A stretch of 64,000 nucleotides of DNA from an uncultured Chloroflexia bacterium. GTDB lineage: Bacteria; Chloroflexota; Anaerolineae; CG2-30-64-16. Below the pieces are notes generated by a model that made no database searches, had not been told where the DNA came from, and was given only the letters and a program-made list of their open reading frames with translations. Below are positions 31,462-42,655 of this stretch, in pieces. The position numbers and the translations under genes were made by a program. Every line of letters begins with the position of its first letter. The first letter of the stretch is position 1. The stretch lies in contig CAWEMM010000002.1 of the NCBI GenBank assembly GCA_963810095.1, forward strand, positions 224,001 to 288,000. Direction: 5' to 3'.

Positions 31462-32833
31462 AAATGGGCTGTCCATTCTTATCCACGGGCACGCTGAAGC
31501 GGAACGTGCTCCCCTTGCCGGGTTCGCTCTCCACCGTGATCGTCCCGCCGTGCGCCTGAACCAGCTGCTTCACGATGGCCAGCCCTAACCCGTAGCCGCC
31601 TGTTTGGCGGGCGCGTGACCGGTCGGCCCGGTAGAAGCGGTCGAACACGTGCGGCAGATCCTCGGGCGTGATGCCCTCACCCGTATCGCACACAGAAACC
31701 CACACGCTGCCGTTCTCACCGAGCGCTGAAACGCCGATTTCTCCGCCCCCGGGCGTGTGCGCCAGCGCGTTATTCAGCAGGTTGCGCAGCACCTGGCCGA
31801 TCCGTTCCCGATCAATGTCGACTTCAGGCAGGCCGGTCGGGACATCAACCGCCAGGGTGACACCCTTGGCGTCGGACTGGGGGCGCAGGATTTCGACCGC
31901 CTGCGCAACCACGTCGGACAGCGGCGTGGGAGTGCGCACGAGCGTGAGCTGCCCTGCCTCGGCCTGCGCCAGTTCATGGAGGTCGAGGACCAGGCGGTTG
32001 AGCAGCATGGTCTCTTCATACAGGTTGTCGACGAGCGCCGTGTCGGGCGCGATCAGGCCGTCTCGCACCGCCTCCAGATAGCCGCGCAGGTTGGTCAGGG
32101 GCGTCCGCAGCTCGTGCGCCACGTCTCCGACCATGTTGCGGCGCAGCTGTTCCTGCTGCTCGATGTTGCCCGCCATGCTGTTGAACGCGACGGCCAGCTG
32201 GCCCAGCTCATCCTGCGACTCGACGGGCACGCGGGCGGAGAGGTCGCCTTGCGCCATTCTCTCCGCGGCGGTCGTCAGGTGTCCGACCGGCCGCAAGATG
32301 CGCCCCGAAACAAACAGCGTAATGACGACGGCCGCCAGCCCGGCGACCAGTGCGCCGAACAAGACCGAGCGATTGACCGCCTCGATGAAGGCCGCGTCGG
32401 GATTGGGCGGGCCGCCGAGGGGATCGAGGTAGAGTGCGGCGATCGCCTGTCCCGAGTCCTCGATGACGGCTCGGGGCGGCGGCCACCGCGTGCCCACCAT
32501 TTTGCCGACCAGCTTGTTGTCGCTGTCGGCCAGCACCTGGCCCCCGGCATCGGCGAGCACCACACGCTGCCCTGCCAGCTGCGCCAGTTGCGTGATCTGG
32601 CCCTGGACGCCGCTCCAGCCGCCGTTTTCGTCGTAGAAGTGTGCCAGGACAGCGCCAATGCGCCGCCCATCGACGGGGCTCCGCCGCTCGACATAGCGCT
32701 GGAACTCGCCCTCCGTCCGCCGGGTCGCAACGTATGCGGTCACCCCGACGGCAATCAGCACGACGAGGATGGTCGCCACGAACAGCCGGACTCGCAGGCT
32801 ACGCAGTGTGCGCATCGTCCGTCCCGGCGTCAT
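31460..32833 (-). CDS. sensor histidine kinase (HAMP-HisKA-HATPase, BaeS-like)
   Basis: two TM, HAMP 'DELGQLAVAFN', 'VAHELRTPL', 'NLLNNAL', 'DTGEGI', 'GYGLGL'. Confidence 0.95.
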   Translation of the reverse strand: MTPGRTMRTLRSLRVRLFVATILVVLIAVGVTAYVATRRTEGEFQRYVERRSPVDGRRIGAVLAHFYDENGGWSGVQGQITQLAQLAGQRVVLADAGGQVLADSDNKLVGKMVGTRWPPPRAVIEDSGQAIAALYLDPLGGPPNPDAAFIEAVNRSVLFGALVAGLAAVVITLFVSGRILRPVGHLTTAAERMAQGDLSARVPVESQDELGQLAVAFNSMAGNIEQQEQLRRNMVGDVAHELRTPLTNLRGYLEAVRDGLIAPDTALVDNLYEETMLLNRLVLDLHELAQAEAGQLTLVRTPTPLSDVVAQAVEILRPQSDAKGVTLAVDVPTGLPEVDIDRERIGQVLRNLLNNALAHTPGGGEIGVSALGENGSVWVSVCDTGEGITPEDLPHVFDRFYRADRSRARQTGGYGLGLAIVKQLVQAHGGTITVESEPGKGSTFRFSVPVDKNGQPI

Positions 32834-33536
32834 CCGACGGCACTTGACCGGGCCGCGGCGTCTCGAAGCGGTATCCCAACCCCGGCACGGTCGCGATGTA
32901 GCGCCAGGAGGAGCCGCTCGGTTCGATCTTTCGCCGCAGGTTCATGATGTGTACGTCGACCGTGCGCTCCACGCCGTCGTAGTCATACCCGAAGGCCCGA
33001 TCGAGGAGCTCGGAGCGCGAAAACGCCCGGCCGGGTTCCCGCACCAGGGCTTCGAGCAGCCTAAACTCGGTCGGAGTCAGGTTCGCCGGCTTGCCGGCGC
33101 TGGTGACCTCGTGCCGTAAGAAGCTGATGACCAGGTCGCCATAACGCAAGTCGTCCCCCGGTGTTTCGTCCGGATAGGCTCTTCGCAGAACAGCACGGAC
33201 GCGCGCCACCAGTTCCCGGGGATTGAAGGGCTTGGTGACATAATCGTCCGCCCCGAGGTCCAGCCCCCGCAGCTTATCCTCGTCCGCAGCCCGTGCCGTC
33301 AGCATGACGATCGGCACGCGCGACTCTGCCCGCAGCAGCTTGCAGACGTCCAGACCGGAAAGCTCGGGCAGCATCAGGTCCAGCACGATCAGGTCGGGCC
33401 GGCGCCGCCGGGCCGCATCGAGTGCTTCCTGGCCATCGTACGCCGGCAGCACGCTGTAACCGTCGCGCTTGAGGTACAGGGCCACCAGGTCCACGATCTT
33501 TTTGTCGTCGTCGACGACAAGAATGCTTCGGTTCAT
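32799..33536 (-). CDS. OmpR-family response regulator
   Basis: 'LVVDDD', 'LDLMLP', 'GADDYVTKPF', winged helix 'RTVDVHIMNLRRKI', 'GLGYRF'. Confidence 0.95.
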   Translation of the reverse strand: MNRSILVVDDDKKIVDLVALYLKRDGYSVLPAYDGQEALDAARRRRPDLIVLDLMLPELSGLDVCKLLRAESRVPIVMLTARAADEDKLRGLDLGADDYVTKPFNPRELVARVRAVLRRAYPDETPGDDLRYGDLVISFLRHEVTSAGKPANLTPTEFRLLEALVREPGRAFSRSELLDRAFGYDYDGVERTVDVHIMNLRRKIEPSGSSWRYIATVPGLGYRFETPRPGQVPSDDAGTDDAHTA

Positions 33537-33603
33537 AGCTTTATCTTAGCCTGCCTGTCAAGCCCGCTTCTCGGCGCTCGGGATCTTCCGGGTCGTGATC
33601 TGA

Positions 33604-33698
33604 AGATGGGCCACTGACTGCACTGATGAAATCGATTCTCTTGAGCCGTCCACGAAGGACGGGGTAGATCAGTTCGATCCATTCAATCGGTGTCCCAT
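33604..33698. repeat. 9-nt-period intergenic palindrome
   Basis: AGATGGGCCACTGACTGCACTGATGAAATCGAT ... GATCAGTTCGATCCATTCAATCGGTGTCCCAT. Confidence 0.55.
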
Positions 33699-33757
33699 TT
33701 TCGTCCGCCGTTCTCTGGCTGGGCAAGGGAAATGTCTCTTTAAACCCCTGCCCGGGT

Positions 33758-35062
33758 TTATTGCACCGCTGTTGGCCGCGCGCCCAGGGTGATCGTCAGG
33801 TTGGCTTGCTTGCCCCCGGGTCGCAGCACGGTCACCGCGATCTTGTCGCCCGGCGACTTGTTGCTCTCCAGGTAGATCAGCAGATCGTCAAACTGCTTCA
33901 CGGGCTGACCGTCGACGGCCGTAATGAGGTCGCCGCCGCCCGGCAGATAGGCCACGCCGCTCTGGTCGACGCCCAGGACGACGTTAGTATCGCCGGCGCT
34001 GGCGCCGCTCAGGCCGGCTCTGTCCGACGGCCCGCCGCTGACCACGTCGATCACATACGCACCCCGTACATTCTTTGGTAGCCCGAGCGCCTCTGCCCAT
34101 GCGGGCGAGTAGGTCTGCCCCCGGATGCCGAGATACGCGTGCGTGTAGCCGCCGTCCTTGATCAGCGACGGCACTACCCGCTGTACGATGTTGACCGGGA
34201 TGGCGAACCCAACGCCCGAGTTGACCCCCGAGCTTGCGGCCGCGATCTGGAAGTTCACGCCAATCACCTGGCCCGCCTCGTTGAGCAGAGGCCCGCCCGA
34301 ATTGCCCGGATTGATCGCCGCGTCCGTCTGGATCACCTGCGGGATGCTGAAGCTACTCGAATTGGTCGGGTCAGAGTTCAGGCTGCGGCCCACCGCGCTG
34401 ATAATGCCCGTGGTCATCGTCCCGACGAGGCCGAAGGGGTTGCCGATGGCGATGGCCCGTGCGCCCACCTTGACGTCACTCATCTGGCCCCGCTCCGCGG
34501 GCACCAGGTCGACCAGCGATGGGTCCACCTGGATGACGGCCAGGTCGCTGCCGGGATCCGTCCCGACTACCTGGGCCGGCACTTCGACGCCGTCTGCAAA
34601 GGTGACGTTGAGTTGGTCAGCACCCTCCACCACGTGGTTATTCGTCACGATGTGGCCCTGCGCATCCCACACCCAGCCCGAGCCCGAGCTTTCGGGCACG
34701 GCTGCGCTCGAACCGAAGCGCGAGCGGGCCACGTTGGTCAGGTTTTCGATGTAGACCACCGAGGCGTTGACCTTGTTGTAGACGGCCTCGTTGATCTGCG
34801 TCTCTACGTCAGCGCCGGGCGCAATTGTGATGCTGGCCGGTTGGCCGGTCCGCATGGTCGTCGCTTGCGCCGTGGGCGCAGTGCCTTGGCGTCCGGAAGT
34901 AGTGGACGCTGCAGCAGATGCTGCAGCGGACGTTGAGGTCGTGCCCTGCCCCGACACGCCGGCAAGGAGTTCCACGGCCGGCGCCAGCGATGCGCAACCC
35001 GACATGATCACTGCCGCAATCATTACGATCAACAGCGAGCCACTTATCGATCTCTTTCCCAT
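33758..35062 (-). CDS. HtrA/DegP-family serine protease with PDZ (lipoprotein)
   Basis: lipobox 'MSGC'; 'SGSG', 'TNNHVV', 'SDLAVI', 'IQTDAAINPGNSGGPL'; C-terminal PDZ. Confidence 0.95.
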   Translation of the reverse strand: MGKRSISGSLLIVMIAAVIMSGCASLAPAVELLAGVSGQGTTSTSAAASAAASTTSGRQGTAPTAQATTMRTGQPASITIAPGADVETQINEAVYNKVNASVVYIENLTNVARSRFGSSAAVPESSGSGWVWDAQGHIVTNNHVVEGADQLNVTFADGVEVPAQVVGTDPGSDLAVIQVDPSLVDLVPAERGQMSDVKVGARAIAIGNPFGLVGTMTTGIISAVGRSLNSDPTNSSSFSIPQVIQTDAAINPGNSGGPLLNEAGQVIGVNFQIAAASSGVNSGVGFAIPVNIVQRVVPSLIKDGGYTHAYLGIRGQTYSPAWAEALGLPKNVRGAYVIDVVSGGPSDRAGLSGASAGDTNVVLGVDQSGVAYLPGGGDLITAVDGQPVKQFDDLLIYLESNKSPGDKIAVTVLRPGGKQANLTITLGARPTAVQ

Positions 35063-35153
35063 CGTATTCCTTCCTTGACTTTCAATTCGCGTTATGAGCG
35101 ACAGCTTGTGAGCGCACTAGCGCCCGCATCCTCTGATCCGCCGCGCTGTTCCT

Positions 35154-36390
35154 TCACTCGTATCTCAGCGCGTCGATCGGGTTCAACCGGGAGGCCCGGT
35201 TGGCTGGATAGAACCCGAAGAAGATGCCGATCCCCAGCGAGACGCCGAGAGCCAGTATCACGCTGCTCGGCAGTCACGAGGGTCCGCGAGTACCCGATCA
35301 GCGGACCGACGAAGCGCGCGCCGCCCACGCCGAGCGCGACGCCGATCAACCCCCCGGCCACGCTCAGCACGATCGCCTCGGCCAGAAACTGCATGAGGAT
35401 GTCGCCTCGCTTTGCGCCGACCGCCTTGCGAAGGCCGATCTCGCGCGTTCGTTCGGTGACCGACACCAACATGATGTTCATGATGCCGATGCCGCCGACG
35501 AGCAGCGAGATGGCGGCGATGCTGCCCAGCAGCGTCGTAAAGGTCCCCGTCGTCTGCTCCACGGTGCTGAGGATATCGGCCTGGTTCTGCACGGTAAAGT
35601 CGTTGTCGGCCCCGGTCGCCAGGCCATGCAGGCTGCGCAGGATCGCGATGACCTGTGCCTGGGCCAGGTCCATCTCCTCGGCCGACTTCACCTGCAAGTT
35701 GATGGTGCGGACCGTGTTCGTGCCCGCGCCGCCCAGCTTGATCTGAGCGGTCCGCAAGGGCAGGTAGATCACGTTGTCCTGGTTGTTGGGTCCGTTCTGG
35801 CCCTTCGCCTGCAGCGCGCCCACCACCGTGTAGTTCTGGCGGTTGATGCGGATCGTCTCGCCGACCGGATTAATGCTGCTCGACCCGAAGAGGTCCTCGA
35901 CCGCGGTTGGGCCCAACACTGCGACCATTGCCAGGTCGGCGTCATCTTCCGGCGCGATGAACCGCCCGTTCTTCAGCTTCACATTCCGCACCGTCGCATA
36001 GTCGGCCGTGACGCCGCTAATGCTTGGCGAAGCGGTCTTGCCGCTATAGGATACGGTCGTGCTGTTCGCGCCGTATTCGGGAGCGATCAGCTTGACTGCG
36101 GTAGCCAGGCCCCGGATCGCTTCGACGTCCTTGTCCGTCAGCTTGCGCTGGTTCTGCTGCAGCCCTTGCCGCGAGAAGCCGAAGTTCGTCTGCGAGCTGA
36201 CGGTCAGCAGATTGGAGCCGAGCGATTGGAACTGGTCGACCACCTGCGCCTGTGCACCCTGGCCCACCGCCACCAGCGCGATCACCGCGCCGACGCCGAT
36301 CACGACGCCGAGCATGGTCAGGAACGAGCGCATCTTGTGTGCGAAGAGCGAGGTGATGGAGACCCGCATGACCATGAGCAGTTTTCTCAC
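35154..36390 (-). CDS. MacB/FtsX-like ABC permease (indel near 35270)
   Basis: '[13 protein letters not shown]', '[28 protein letters not shown]'; true C-terminus '[22 protein letters not shown]' in a shifted frame. Confidence 0.92.
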
Positions 36391-36399
36391 ATCAACCTC

Positions 36400-38101
36400 C
36401 TAGCGCCCCAGGCCCGGCATACCCATGATCCCGCCGCCGACGCGGAAGTTTCGGTTGTTGCCCGTCCCGGTGCTTGACGACATTTCGACGACGACCTGGT
36501 CGCCCTCGTTGAGGCCGGAAGTGATCTGGGTATAGGTGCCGTCGGAGAGGCCGACCTGGACGGGCACGGCTTGCGGCTCGGCGGTGCGGGTTGAGTTGGT
36601 CGGCGACGAGCACCTGGTACATGCCGTTGGACTTGGTGAGGGCCATGGTGGGCACGAGCAGCGCGTTCTGGGCCTCGCCGGTGGCGATCTTGACGTTGGC
36701 GGTCATGCCGACGAGCAAGGCGCCCGTGAACGGGGCCTTATCCGCGCCTTGCAGGGAGATGGGGACCTCGTAGACGGTGACGCCGCCCTGGAGGGTGCCC
36801 TGCAGGGGCACGTCGCCGACAGACGCCGGTCAGGGTCTGGCCGGGCAGGGCGTCGAAGGTGATCTGGGCCTTCTGGTCCTTCTGGACCGGCGCGGACGGT
36901 GGTCTCGTCGACGGCGGCGAGCACCTCGAGGTTGGCGAGGTTGGCCAGGGTGAGGACGGTTGACGCCGCTGGCGACCAGGTCGCCCTGGTTGAGGTTGAC
37001 CTGGAGCACGGTGCCGTCGAAGGGCGCCTTGAGCTCGGTTGCGGCGAGTGCGGCCTCAGCATCGGCGACGGCGAGCTTCTTCTTGTCGCGGTCGGCCGTG
37101 GCCGCGGCCAGCTTCGTCGCATCCGGACCCTTGTCGAGCTCGGCGCGCCCGTCTTTGGCAACTGCCAGGGACACCTCGGCGTCTTTCACTGCCCGTTCGG
37201 CCTTGGCCTTTTCGAGCACGTCGCCGCCCTTCGCAGCATCTGCCAGGGCTTTCTGGGCCTTCGCCACGCCCTGCTCGGCCCTGCGCACGCCCATTTGTGC
37301 ATTCAGCAGGGCTGAGCTGCGTTTGCGTCTGAGCTGTGATGCGGGACTCCTTCGCATCCATCATCTTGCCATATAGGATCAGCAGGCGGTCTTGCGTCTT
37401 GGCGTCGGAGTACTTTTCAGCCGCCTTCTGGTTGTATTCTGTGGTCTGCCTTACCCTCGGCGTCCTGCAGCTTTTGGAGCGCGGTCGTGTCCTTGGCGTT
37501 TTGCTGCTGGTTCAGCAGATCCGCCTGGGCCTTCACCAGGGAGGTCTTTGCGTCGGCCAGGTTCTGGTTCAGCTGCTCCAGGTCCGGATGGATCAGGTCG
37601 TCGAGGCCGCTCTTGGCCGCTTCGAGCTGGTACTGCGCCTGGCTGATCGCCAGGTCGGCCTGCGCGAACTGCACCTCAGTAGGCGGCGTTTGCAGGTCGG
37701 TCAGCGTCTGTTCTGCCGACTGCAAGTCACTCTTGGCCTGGTCCAGCGCCTGCTGGTACTCCGCGGGATCCACGCTCGCCAGCACGTCTCCGGCCTTGAC
37801 CTTGGCGCCCGTCGTCGTGTTCAGCTTCTGCAGCTTGGTCGATCCCGACAGCTTCTCGAACTTCAGGTTTTCGCTTTGCACGGCCTCCAGGGAGCCCGAC
37901 GACCGTGAGCGCGGCGCTCAGGTCGCCGCGCTGGGCGGTCACGGTCTGGCGCTGGGCCGTGCCGGCGGTCGTGCTGCTGCTGCTCGTCTTCGCCAGACTG
38001 GGCAGCGTGCCGCCGTGCGCCTGCAGGTACAGGAACCCGCCGAGGGCCGACGCTCACGACCAGGAGGATCACCACCAGGATGCAATCACAAGCTGTTTCA
38101 C
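36400..38101 (-). CDS. MacA/HlyD-like periplasmic adaptor, copy 1 (multiple indels)
   Basis: fragments 'VTAQRGDLSAALTVVG', 'GAKVKAGDVLA', 'LKAPFDGTV', 'GMTANVKI', 'ALLVP' spread over several frames. Confidence 0.75.
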
Positions 38102-38863
38102 GACGTCATCCTCCCTGCCGAATGGTGCTGCGCTGCTGTTGTCCGCCACCCTGCGGTGGGCTGCCGCCCCCGTCGAAGAACATCGCCCCGCCCCGGAAGA
38201 AGTTGTTGTCGGTGCTTGACGACATTTCGACGACGACCTGGTCGCCGTCGTTGAGGCCGGAAGTGATCTGGGTGTAGGTGCCGTCGGAGAGGCCGACCTG
38301 GACGGGCACGGCCTGGGGCTCGGCGGTGGGGTTGAGTTGGTCGGCGACGAGCACCTGGTACATGCCGTTGGACTTGGTGAGGGCCATGGTGGGCACGAGG
38401 AGCGCGTTCTGGGCCTCGCCGGTGGCGATCTTGACGTTGGCGGTCATGCCGACGAGCAAGGCGCCGTGAACGGGGCCTTGTCGACGCCCTTGCAGGGAAA
38501 TGGGGACCTCGTAGACGGTGACGCCGCCCTGGAGGGTGCCCTGGAGGGGCACGTCGCCGACGATGCCGTTGAGGGTCTGGCCGGGCAGGGCGTCGAAGGT
38601 GATCTGGGCCTTCTGGTCCTTCTGGACGGCGCGGACGGTGGTCTCGTCGACGGCGGCGAGCACCTCGAGGTTGGCGAGGTTGGCCAGGGTGAGGACGTTG
38701 ACGCCGCTGGCGACCTGGTCGCCCGGGTTGAGGTTGACCTGGAGCACGGTGCCGTCGAAGGGCGCCTTGAGCTCGGTTGCGGCGAGTGCGGCCTCAGCAT
38801 CGGCGACGGCGAGCTTCTTCTTATCGCGGTCGGCCGTGGCTGCCGCCAGCTTCGTCGCATCCG
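36468..38863. repeat. ~655-bp near-identical direct repeat shared by the 3' ends of the two adaptor genes (36468-37125 and 38210-38863)
   Basis: direct sequence comparison; both copies encode 'DATKLAAATADRDKKKLA...MSSST'. Confidence 0.9.
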
Positions 38864-39817
38864 CACCCTCAGTGAGAGTCGTGCGATCGCTCTGCGCCTT
38901 GACGAGCGAAACTTCGGCGGTCTTGATCGCCAGTTCGGCCTTGGCCTGCGCCAGCGCGTCGCCGCCCTTCTGTGCGTCGGCCAGCGCCTTCTGGGCATCT
39001 GCTAGCGACGTGCGGGCAGCCGCAACCGCGGCGGCTGCGGTCTGCTGGGCCAACCGGCGCTCGGCCTGCGCCGTCGCCAGGTTCGCCTGCGCCTCGCCTA
39101 ACGCGTCCTGTTCGGTTGCAACCGCGTCTGACTGTTCCTTATTCGCCGTGCCCGCAGCCACCAACTGCGCCAATTCGTTCAGCTTCCGCTCGTGCCAGCC
39201 GACGGCATACTGCAAGTCGCGCTCGTTCTTCGCACTCACGCCGTTCTCGGTAAGCGTCTGCTGCAGCAGCGCGACCTGCAGGCCATCCTGCGCGTTCTGA
39301 CCGCGTACTTCAGGTCGGTCAGGTCCGGCGCCTTCAGGTCCGCCAGGTCCTGCTTGGCCTGTTCGACGTCCTGCTGCGCCTTGGTCACCGCCTGGTCGGC
39401 CTGGGCGATGTCAAGCTCGGTCGCGGGCGCCTGCAGGTCGCTCAGCGTGGCTTCGGCCGATTGCAGGTTGCTCTTGGCTTGATCCAGCGCCTGCTGGTAG
39501 GGGCTGGGATCGACGGTCGCAAGCACGTCGCCCGCCTTGACATTGGCACCCGTCGTCGCATTCAGCTTCTGCAGCTTGGTCGACCCCGACAGCTTCTGGA
39601 ATGCCAGGTCTGCGCGCTGCACCGCCTCAAGTTGGCCGACCACCGTCAGGGCCGAGCTCAGGTCACCTCGGGACGCGGCAACGATCTGCCTAAACGTTCC
39701 GCTGGCGCTCGAAGTGCCGGTCTGTGCGGTGACCGTTCGTTGCCGGACCATCCAGACGCCGCCTGCCACCAGTGCAACCAGCGCCAGCACCCCCAGCACC
39801 CGCCAGAATACTTTCAT
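38106..39817 (-). CDS. MacA/HlyD-like periplasmic adaptor, copy 2 (frameshift near 39240-39300)
   Basis: N-terminal TM, 'RGDLSSALTVVG', 'GANVKAGDVLA', coiled coil, 'ELKAPFDGTV', 'VQVGLSDG'. Confidence 0.85.
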
Positions 39818-39863
39818 TCGTCCCCTCCCCTGCTCCGCCTGCCGGCCGGTCCGCGCGGCGACA

Positions 39864-40388
39864 TCATTGCGCCGGCGTTGCCTGCGGATTCACGCCGTTC
39901 GCATCCCGGGGGCCGCCGAAACCGAACCGCCCTTGCGGGGCGACCTGGACGGAGCGGGCGGTCAGCGTACCATCGGCCGCGGCGCTGCCCGATACCATCA
40001 CCGTCTCGCCCTCCGACAGGTCTGCCAGCTTGACCGACTGGTTCTTCTCGATCAGAGTCGTGTCCGTGACCTTAACCTGCGTTTCCTTGCCGTTGTTATC
40101 CGTCAGCACGAGCGAGCCATCGCCAATCTGCTTGATCGTGCCGAGCACGAACCCGCCGCCCTGGCCGTTCCGCTGCCCGCGGACAAATGCGCCCGGCGTG
40201 CCGTTTGCGAGCGGTACCGCGCCCTGAGGCAGGTTGCCGCCCTGGAACCCAGCCGCGCCCGTGCGGAAGGCTGCTTGCACATTCGCCTGTGCCTGCGACT
40301 TCCCGTACACCATGCCGCCGTAAAAGCTGGCGCCCGCGATCGCGAGCACCAAGACGATGACCAGAACTGTGAAGATGCCCTTGTTCAT
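39864..40388 (-). CDS. secreted DUF5666-like (OB-fold) protein
   Basis: N-terminal TM 'ASFYGGM', Gly-rich region, 'GTIKQI...VKVTDTT...[12 protein letters not shown]...LTARSVQ'. Confidence 0.7.
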   Translation of the reverse strand: MNKGIFTVLVIVLVLAIAGASFYGGMVYGKSQAQANVQAAFRTGAAGFQGGNLPQGAVPLANGTPGAFVRGQRNGQGGGFVLGTIKQIGDGSLVLTDNNGKETQVKVTDTTLIEKNQSVKLADLSEGETVMVSGSAAADGTLTARSVQVAPQGRFGFGGPRDANGVNPQATPAQ

Positions 40389-40403
40389 TCCTGTGTTCCC
40401 CTG

Positions 40404-41156
40404 TTATGCGTGCTGGGCCGCGGGCGCCGCCCAAGCCGAATTGGTCGTAGGCTGCGTTCCGGGCGGATTTACGGAGTCGCCGACGATCTCGCCGTCGTGG
40501 ATCCGTACGATGCGGCGGGTATGGGCCGCGATATCAAGCTCGTGCGTGACAAAGACCACCGTCATGCCTTTTTGCTCGTTGAGATCCTGGAACAGGCGGA
40601 TGACTTCTTCGCCTGCTTTTGAGTCGAGGTTGCCGGTGGGCTCGTCCGCCAGGATTAAGCTGGGCTCATTCACCAGGGCGCGTGCAATGGCGACCCGCTG
40701 CTGCTGGCCCCCCGAAAGCTCGTTGGGCCGGTGATGGATGCGGTCGCCGAGGCCGACGCTCTCCAGCGCTTTCACGCACTTGGCCCGCCCGCCGCCGATG
40801 CCGGCGTAGATCAACGGAAGCTCTACGTTAGCCAGCGCGGAGGTGCGGGGGAGCAGGTTGAAGCTCTGAAACACGAACCCGATTTTCCGGTTGCGGACGT
40901 CGGCCAACTGCCCATCGCTCATGCGGCTCACGTTCTGTCCGTCCAACAGGTACTCACCGCTCGTCGGAGTGTCCAGCGCGCCGAGAATATTCATCAGCGT
41001 CGACTTGCCCGACCCGGACGCGCCCATGATCGCCAGCATTTCCCCGCGCTCGACCCTCAGCGAAACGCCGCGCAGCGCGTGGACTTCCAAGTCGCCCATC
41101 CGGTAGACCTTGGTGACGTCCCGTATCTCGATCAGCGGAGTGTCGGCCACCACCAC
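40404..41156 (-). CDS. ABC ATP-binding protein (MacB/LolD-like)
   Basis: 'GASGSGKST', '[10 protein letters not shown]', 'LSGGQQQRV', '[10 protein letters not shown]', 'VTHE'. Confidence 0.95.
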   Translation of the reverse strand: MVVADTPLIEIRDVTKVYRMGDLEVHALRGVSLRVERGEMLAIMGASGSGKSTLMNILGALDTPTSGEYLLDGQNVSRMSDGQLADVRNRKIGFVFQSFNLLPRTSALANVELPLIYAGIGGGRAKCVKALESVGLGDRIHHRPNELSGGQQQRVAIARALVNEPSLILADEPTGNLDSKAGEEVIRLFQDLNEQKGMTVVFVTHELDIAAHTRRIVRIHDGEIVGDSVNPPGTQPTTNSAWAAPAAQHA

Positions 41157-41186
41157 CTTCCTTTCGTACCGGGCCTCATCGCCTAA

Positions 41187-41233
41187 GCGGGGAGCGAAAG
41201 GGGCCGGCTCTCCGGTCGCCTTTCGTTCCCCGC
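41187..41233. terminator. stem-loop downstream of the 41268-41843 gene
   Basis: GCGGGGAGCGAAAGG ... CCTTTCGTTCCCCGC inverted repeat. Confidence 0.6.
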
Positions 41234-41267
41234 ATCTATCAGGCGTCGTGCCCTCCGGCTATTCCGA

Positions 41268-41843
41268 TCAGCTAGAGGTTCCCAGGCCCGACGTGCTGGG
41301 CGCCGGCTGCTGCTGAGTCCCGTTGCCGCGCAGCCCCGGGAACATGCCGCCGTGACCGCGCCCTCGGCCGCCAAAGCCGAAGCCGTGGCCGCCCTGGAGA
41401 TACCCCTTATCCAAGCCCTGCAGGAGCCAGTCGGCCTGTTCCTGCGTGATCTTGCCGTCCTTGACGGCCTGGGCGATCTTGTCCTTCATCGCCTGGACCT
41501 TCGAGGCGTTCATGGCGGTCTGAACGTCGCTCAGGGTCTTGCCCTGGGCGGTTGCGATGTCGTTCAGCGTCTTGCCCGAGTGGAGTTGTTCGAACAACTG
41601 CGTCGGGGTCAGATTCAGCGCCTGTGCGACCGCGTCGAAGGTTGCCGTGTCGCCGCCGCGAAAGCCGAAGCCAAATCCAAAGCCGCGGCCCAACTTGCCC
41701 GTGTCCGGTTGACTCGGCGTCGTCGGCGCCGCCTGGCTCGGAGGGGTCCCGGTCTGCGCGAACGCAGCGCCGACCGACACTACCCCGAGGATCGTGACGA
41801 GTGCCAGCACGCCCATCACAAGCGCGAGTTTCCGCTTCGTCAT
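41268..41843 (-). CDS. secreted helical hypothetical protein
   Basis: signal peptide 'AAFAQ'; 'AQALNLTPTQL..GKTL..IA..QG', 'AVKDGKITQEQAD'; RBS AGGAGG. Confidence 0.75.
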   Translation of the reverse strand: MTKRKLALVMGVLALVTILGVVSVGAAFAQTGTPPSQAAPTTPSQPDTGKLGRGFGFGFGFRGGDTATFDAVAQALNLTPTQLFEQLHSGKTLNDIATAQGKTLSDVQTAMNASKVQAMKDKIAQAVKDGKITQEQADWLLQGLDKGYLQGGHGFGFGGRGRGHGGMFPGLRGNGTQQQPAPSTSGLGTSS

Positions 41844-41913
41844 CTATTACCCTCCTTTTCTGGTTTACCTATTAGGTGTGCCTGACCGGAGGTATGCCTC
41901 GCCTGTCGCTCCA

Positions 41914-41946
41914 AACTTAACAGAGGCATGTAAAGATTCGATAAAG
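41914..41946 (-). promoter_or_regulatory. OmpR-type tandem box plus -10 of the leftward (exporter/HtrA) operon
   Basis: minus strand CTTTATCGAATCTTTACA, 9 nt, then TAAGTT. Confidence 0.65.
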
Positions 41947-42049
41947 ACGGTGTTTGCTTCCCGTTGAGGATGCATGGTTTGGGTCGGATGAAGACAGAAC
42001 CCGGGTGCAGTTGCCGGCCGTAGCAAGCCTAATTCGAACCTAACATAAC

Positions 42050-42082
42050 CTTTATCACTTCTTTACAGCCGGGCGGTACGAT
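42050..42082 (+). promoter_or_regulatory. OmpR-type tandem box plus -10 of the rightward (apbE) operon
   Basis: CTTTATCACTTCTTTACA, 9 nt, then TACGAT; mirrors 41914-41946. Confidence 0.65.
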
Positions 42083-42139
42083 CGTCGTGTTGTTGCAAAC
42101 GATTGGCAATAAGTTCGGGCAGGGCCCTGTGGAGTGTGA

Positions 42140-42655
42140 ATGATGGTTGAACCAAGCGATCACGCAGCGAACGTCCAGGCGCGCAATCGCCGCCGCAAAC
42201 GCGCGGCATGGAAGTCGGGCCTGATCCTAACAGGTCTCGGGAGCGTCGTGCTGGGCGCCGGCTACCTCGCGGGGGTGAATGCGCCCGCCGTGGCTCAGTC
42301 CAGCACACCGCAGGCGGTGGCTCGGTCTGCCGGCGCCGCCGCACCGGCGCAGGAGAATCTCTCCGGCCAGCCGGCGCGGCCGCGTTCTGAGACGTCGGAA
42401 AGAGACAGCAACGAACGCGATGAGCTGCAGGCGCCCCAGGCGAGCGACAGCTCACAGCCGGGTCTGTTGGTGGGTTACGACGAAAATGGCAACGCGGTCT
42501 ACCTGACGAATGATGGGCGGCTGGTTATCGGCGGCAGCGCCAGCAGCGGCTCGAGCAGCCAGCCCAGCCAGCAGTTCGGCGGACGGTCGAGCGGCCGCGG
42601 CCTCGCCCAGCAGCCCGGCTTCAGCCGCCCGCTGACGCGCTCGCGGGGGTCGTGA
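42140..42655 (+). CDS. membrane-anchored low-complexity protein upstream of apbE
   Basis: basic N-terminus plus TM, Ser/Gln/Pro-rich body, C-terminal 'RPLTRSRGS'; stop overlaps the apbE start. Confidence 0.7.
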   Translation: MMVEPSDHAANVQARNRRRKRAAWKSGLILTGLGSVVLGAGYLAGVNAPAVAQSSTPQAVARSAGAAAPAQENLSGQPARPRSETSERDSNERDELQAPQASDSSQPGLLVGYDENGNAVYLTNDGRLVIGGSASSGSSSQPSQQFGGRSSGRGLAQQPGFSRPLTRSRGS

